This document shows, piece by piece, positions 58,376 through 64,000 of a stretch of DNA of 64,000 bases; position 1 is the first letter of the stretch; every line of letters starts with the position of its first letter. This DNA is from Myxococcota bacterium (GTDB lineage: Bacteria > Myxococcota_A > UBA9160 > UBA4427). The notes under the pieces were generated by a model. The model worked only from the letters and a program-made list of their open reading frames with translations, was not told where the DNA came from and did not search any database. Location: contig OZ252299.1 in NCBI GenBank assembly GCA_965250285.1, forward strand, positions 5,664,001-5,728,000. The letters are read 5' to 3'. The translations under genes were made by a program, and so were the position numbers.

Positions 58376-60835
58376 TCAGCGCTCCTGCTCTTCTTCGGCC
58401 GGGGTTTCGTCCTCCGCCCCCGCGTCGCTCGGCGTCGAGTCTGCGTCGGCGCTGCCGGGTCGGCCCCCGAGCAGGCCGGCGAGGCTCAGCTCCTCGGCCT
58501 TCTCCTCGAGGGTCGCGTCCGGGGCGAGGTCGGTCGCAAGCGGGCGGGGCGGTCCGACGTCGGCCGGGTCCCCCTGCGCGCCGTCGCGGCGGGCATACGG
58601 ATCGGGCCCCAGCTCACGACCGGCGAACGATGCGCGACCGGTCGTCGCATTGGCGAGGTCGCTCGACGTCTGGCGCAGAAAGTCGTAGCCGCTGGCCCGG
58701 GGCGCCGAGACCGGTGGCCAGCTCGGGCCGCTCCCGCGCTCGTCGCCGCTCGTCGCGCTGGGCGCCGGCGCGCGGTCGATGCGGAAGCCGGGCGAAGTCT
58801 GGCTCGCGGCCGGGTCGGGCGAGCTCGAGGCCGGGTGTCCTCCCTCGGTCGGAGGCGGACCGGGATTGGAGCTCGGGGCTGCGGTGCCCTGCCGAAGCGC
58901 TTCGCGGCTCATCTGCGGGGCGGGGGTCTGGCTCGTCGCCGCTTCGGACGTACTCGAGGGAGCCGTCGGGGCGCCGCCGGGGTCGGAAGGCGGCGCGCCC
59001 TGGGCCTCGACTGCGAGCGGTCCGCTCGTCGCGGGGTTCGGCCAGCCGAAGGGGCCCCGGCCCGCGCGGGGGTCGAGCGACGCGCTCGCCTGCTCGATGG
59101 TCGCCAGCGCCTCGGCCGTGTTGTTGAGCTTTCGGGAGAGATCCGCCGTCGAGGCTCGGAACTTGCGGCCCTCTTCGCGCAGATCGCCGCGCAGGGCGTC
59201 CATCGTCTTGTCCATGCCGAGCGCGTGATCGCCGAAGTTCGCGAGCGCGCGCGCGACGTCGGACGTGCGCTCGTCGAGCTGGGTGAGCGACGAGCGCACG
59301 GGCTTCATGGCCTGGGTCATCCACTCGCCGAGGCCCGTGATCTCGGATCGCGCGCGTTCGAGCGCGCTGTGCAGCTCGCGCGCCGTACCCTCGGCCGAGC
59401 GCATGGGCTGGCTCATGCGTTCGATGGTGTCGTTGCTCTCGGTGATCGTCTCGCGCAGGCGTCCGACGGTCTGGCCGAGCGCGTCGTCGACGGCACGGAG
59501 CGACTTGGTCAGGTTCTCGCCCAGGCCGGTGGACAGCGCTTCGAGCGTCGCGCGGATCTCGCCGAGGCTGACCTCGACGAAGTCGCGCTGCTCGCCGACG
59601 GCCGCGGCGGCCTGCTGCAGCGAGGCGCGGACGTCTTCGGCCGACTGGGCCACGACGACGTGGGTCGAGTCGATGCGCTCGGCCGTCGAGTCGAGACTCA
59701 CCCCGGTTTCGCGCAGGCTCGAGAGCACGGGCTGGAAGTCGACGACGGTCTGCCGGAACGACCCCGAGGCGGCGTCGACGGTGGCCGCCGCGGCATCGAG
59801 GGTCTGGGTCACGCGTGCGTGTGCTTCGCTCTGATCGGCCATCTGATTGAACGCCGCCGCGAGGCCGCCGGTGACTGAATCCTGGTGCTCGGTGGCGCGC
59901 TCGAGCGCGCCCTGGAGGGCGCCCATGTGATCGTCGACGCCCTGTCGCACCTGCAGCGCGAGGTCGCGGATCACGCTCTGTACGCCGGCGCGTTGCTCGT
60001 CGCTGACGAGCGTGGCGGCGTTGGCCGTCGAGCGCTCGATGCGCTGCAGACCCCGGTCGATCCGCTCGGTCAGGTCGGTGGTGAACCGCGTCAGCTCGCT
60101 GCCGAGCGCGACCAGCGACTCGTGCTGTGCGCGCTGGCCGAATGCGGTGAGCTCCGAACTCGAAACGAGCGGGAAGCAGCGCTGGACGCTGCGGTCGAGG
60201 ACCGATGCGGCGCCATCGAAGGCGCCGTCGATCATTCGGCCCGCGATGCCGGCCACGATCGACAGGCCGATCCCCCAGAGCGAGGCCCGCAGCGACAGTC
60301 CGACCTGGGCGACCAGACGGGCGGTATCGATCGGATCGGCTGCGTCGCCGGGGTCGAATGCCTCGCTGCCGAGCGCGAGGCCGAGCCCGACGAAGGTGCC
60401 GAGCAGGCCGATCGCGAGGAAGAGCGACGGGATCGCGGGCAGGAGCGAGCGCCGCGCTCCCATCGGGAGCAGCGGGTGCTCTTCGAGGACGTCGAGGAAG
60501 CGCACGGGCGACCGTTCGTCGGCGCCGTCCGTCAGGGCCGCGCGCCAGCGTTGGATGAACAGGGCCCACTCACTCTCGAGCGACGACTCGGCGAATGTGG
60601 ACATCACCTCGTTGCGCTGCGAGGGCGTCGGCTGGTCGCGGTCACCGGCGGCGAGAGAGACGGCGCGGCTCAGCGAGAGCACCCGCCACAGACGGATCAA
60701 CAACGGGACGTAGACGAACGCCACAGCCAGCAAGAAGGCCACGAGCACGAGCCCGATGGCCATCTGGCTGGTCGGATCGGGCGACCACAAGAGGTCGAAC
60801 AACCCGATCGAAGCGTTGGGGGCATACGAATTCAA
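58376..60835 (-). CDS. ZorA-like protein (MotA/ExbB-type TM region + long helical cytoplasmic tail + disordered C-terminus)
   Basis: TM1, periplasmic loop, IPSLFLAIGLLGTFVGL, ASLWGIGLSI, about 400 aa heptad-like tail; 3 nt from the MotB-like gene. Confidence 0.75.
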   Translation of the reverse strand: MNSYAPNASIGLFDLLWSPDPTSQMAIGLVLVAFLLAVAFVYVPLLIRLWRVLSLSRAVSLAAGDRDQPTPSQRNEVMSTFAESSLESEWALFIQRWRAALTDGADERSPVRFLDVLEEHPLLPMGARRSLLPAIPSLFLAIGLLGTFVGLGLALGSEAFDPGDAADPIDTARLVAQVGLSLRASLWGIGLSIVAGIAGRMIDGAFDGAASVLDRSVQRCFPLVSSSELTAFGQRAQHESLVALGSELTRFTTDLTERIDRGLQRIERSTANAATLVSDEQRAGVQSVIRDLALQVRQGVDDHMGALQGALERATEHQDSVTGGLAAAFNQMADQSEAHARVTQTLDAAAATVDAASGSFRQTVVDFQPVLSSLRETGVSLDSTAERIDSTHVVVAQSAEDVRASLQQAAAAVGEQRDFVEVSLGEIRATLEALSTGLGENLTKSLRAVDDALGQTVGRLRETITESNDTIERMSQPMRSAEGTARELHSALERARSEITGLGEWMTQAMKPVRSSLTQLDERTSDVARALANFGDHALGMDKTMDALRGDLREEGRKFRASTADLSRKLNNTAEALATIEQASASLDPRAGRGPFGWPNPATSGPLAVEAQGAPPSDPGGAPTAPSSTSEAATSQTPAPQMSREALRQGTAAPSSNPGPPPTEGGHPASSSPDPAASQTSPGFRIDRAPAPSATSGDERGSGPSWPPVSAPRASGYDFLRQTSSDLANATTGRASFAGRELGPDPYARRDGAQGDPADVGPPRPLATDLAPDATLEEKAEELSLAGLLGGRPGSADADSTPSDAGAEDETPAEEEQER

Positions 60836-60987
60836 GACAGGGGGGCCTCACTGCGGGGCCCCGATCCTGTGACCCAGGACACCGACCGGCGTGAGTCTAT
60901 CAGTGATGGCTGATATCTGAAGGGAATTCTCGTGGGCTTATGCCCACGAATCACCCTTGGGGATCACAAAATCCCCTCGAGCGCCGC

Positions 60988-63900
<2,913 letters not shown>

Positions 63901-64000
63901 GGGATCCGGGGGCTCGCGACCCGGTGCGCGAGCGGCACGCGCGCTCGCACGACGGGTCGACCTGGATCGGGCGAGCGCCGACGGCATGGTGGAGGGGTCG

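Noticed and set aside
57590..60835. Flagellar motAB or exbBD/tolQR call
   Set aside because: The A subunit has a very long cytoplasmic tail, the B subunit is OmpA-like rather than ExbD-like, and no flagellar or TonB genes are nearby.
63901..64000. Glycine riboswitch upstream of gcvP
   Set aside because: No aptamer motif in the 100 bp available; it could lie beyond the window.

Overview
64-kb, roughly 70% GC, gene-dense bacterial chromosome segment. PEP-CTERM, PilT, PilZ and LPP20/DUF4384 genes suggest a Gram-negative Myxococcota/Deltaproteobacteria-like organism (inference). Most of it is housekeeping: uvrA, ahcY, thyA-folA, gcvP, hslO, gluQ-like, arfB, msrPQ, mazG, yhbY, FKBP, MscS, beta-oxidation enzymes, and a circularly-permuted ATP-grasp/alpha-E/transglutaminase operon. 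I saw no rRNA, tRNA, CRISPR array, transposase or integrase. The most notable items are: (1) a 62-aa Bd0055-type bacterial histone hidden in a longer minus-strand ORF (24410-24598); (2) a ZorA/ZorB-like membrane motor pair with no ZorC/D/E effector nearby, set in housekeeping context (57590-60835) and convergent with a small basic AT-hook-like/ribbon-helix-helix gene; (3) a PilT retraction ATPase with an MshEN-like N-terminus; (4) an apparently inactivated PD-(D/E)xK-like protein behind an LPP20 lipoprotein cluster; (5) a clean promoter plus palindromic operator at ahcY; (6) several stop-codon-spanning duplications and hairpin repeats. All product calls come from motifs recognised by eye; no searches were run, and start codons are best guesses.
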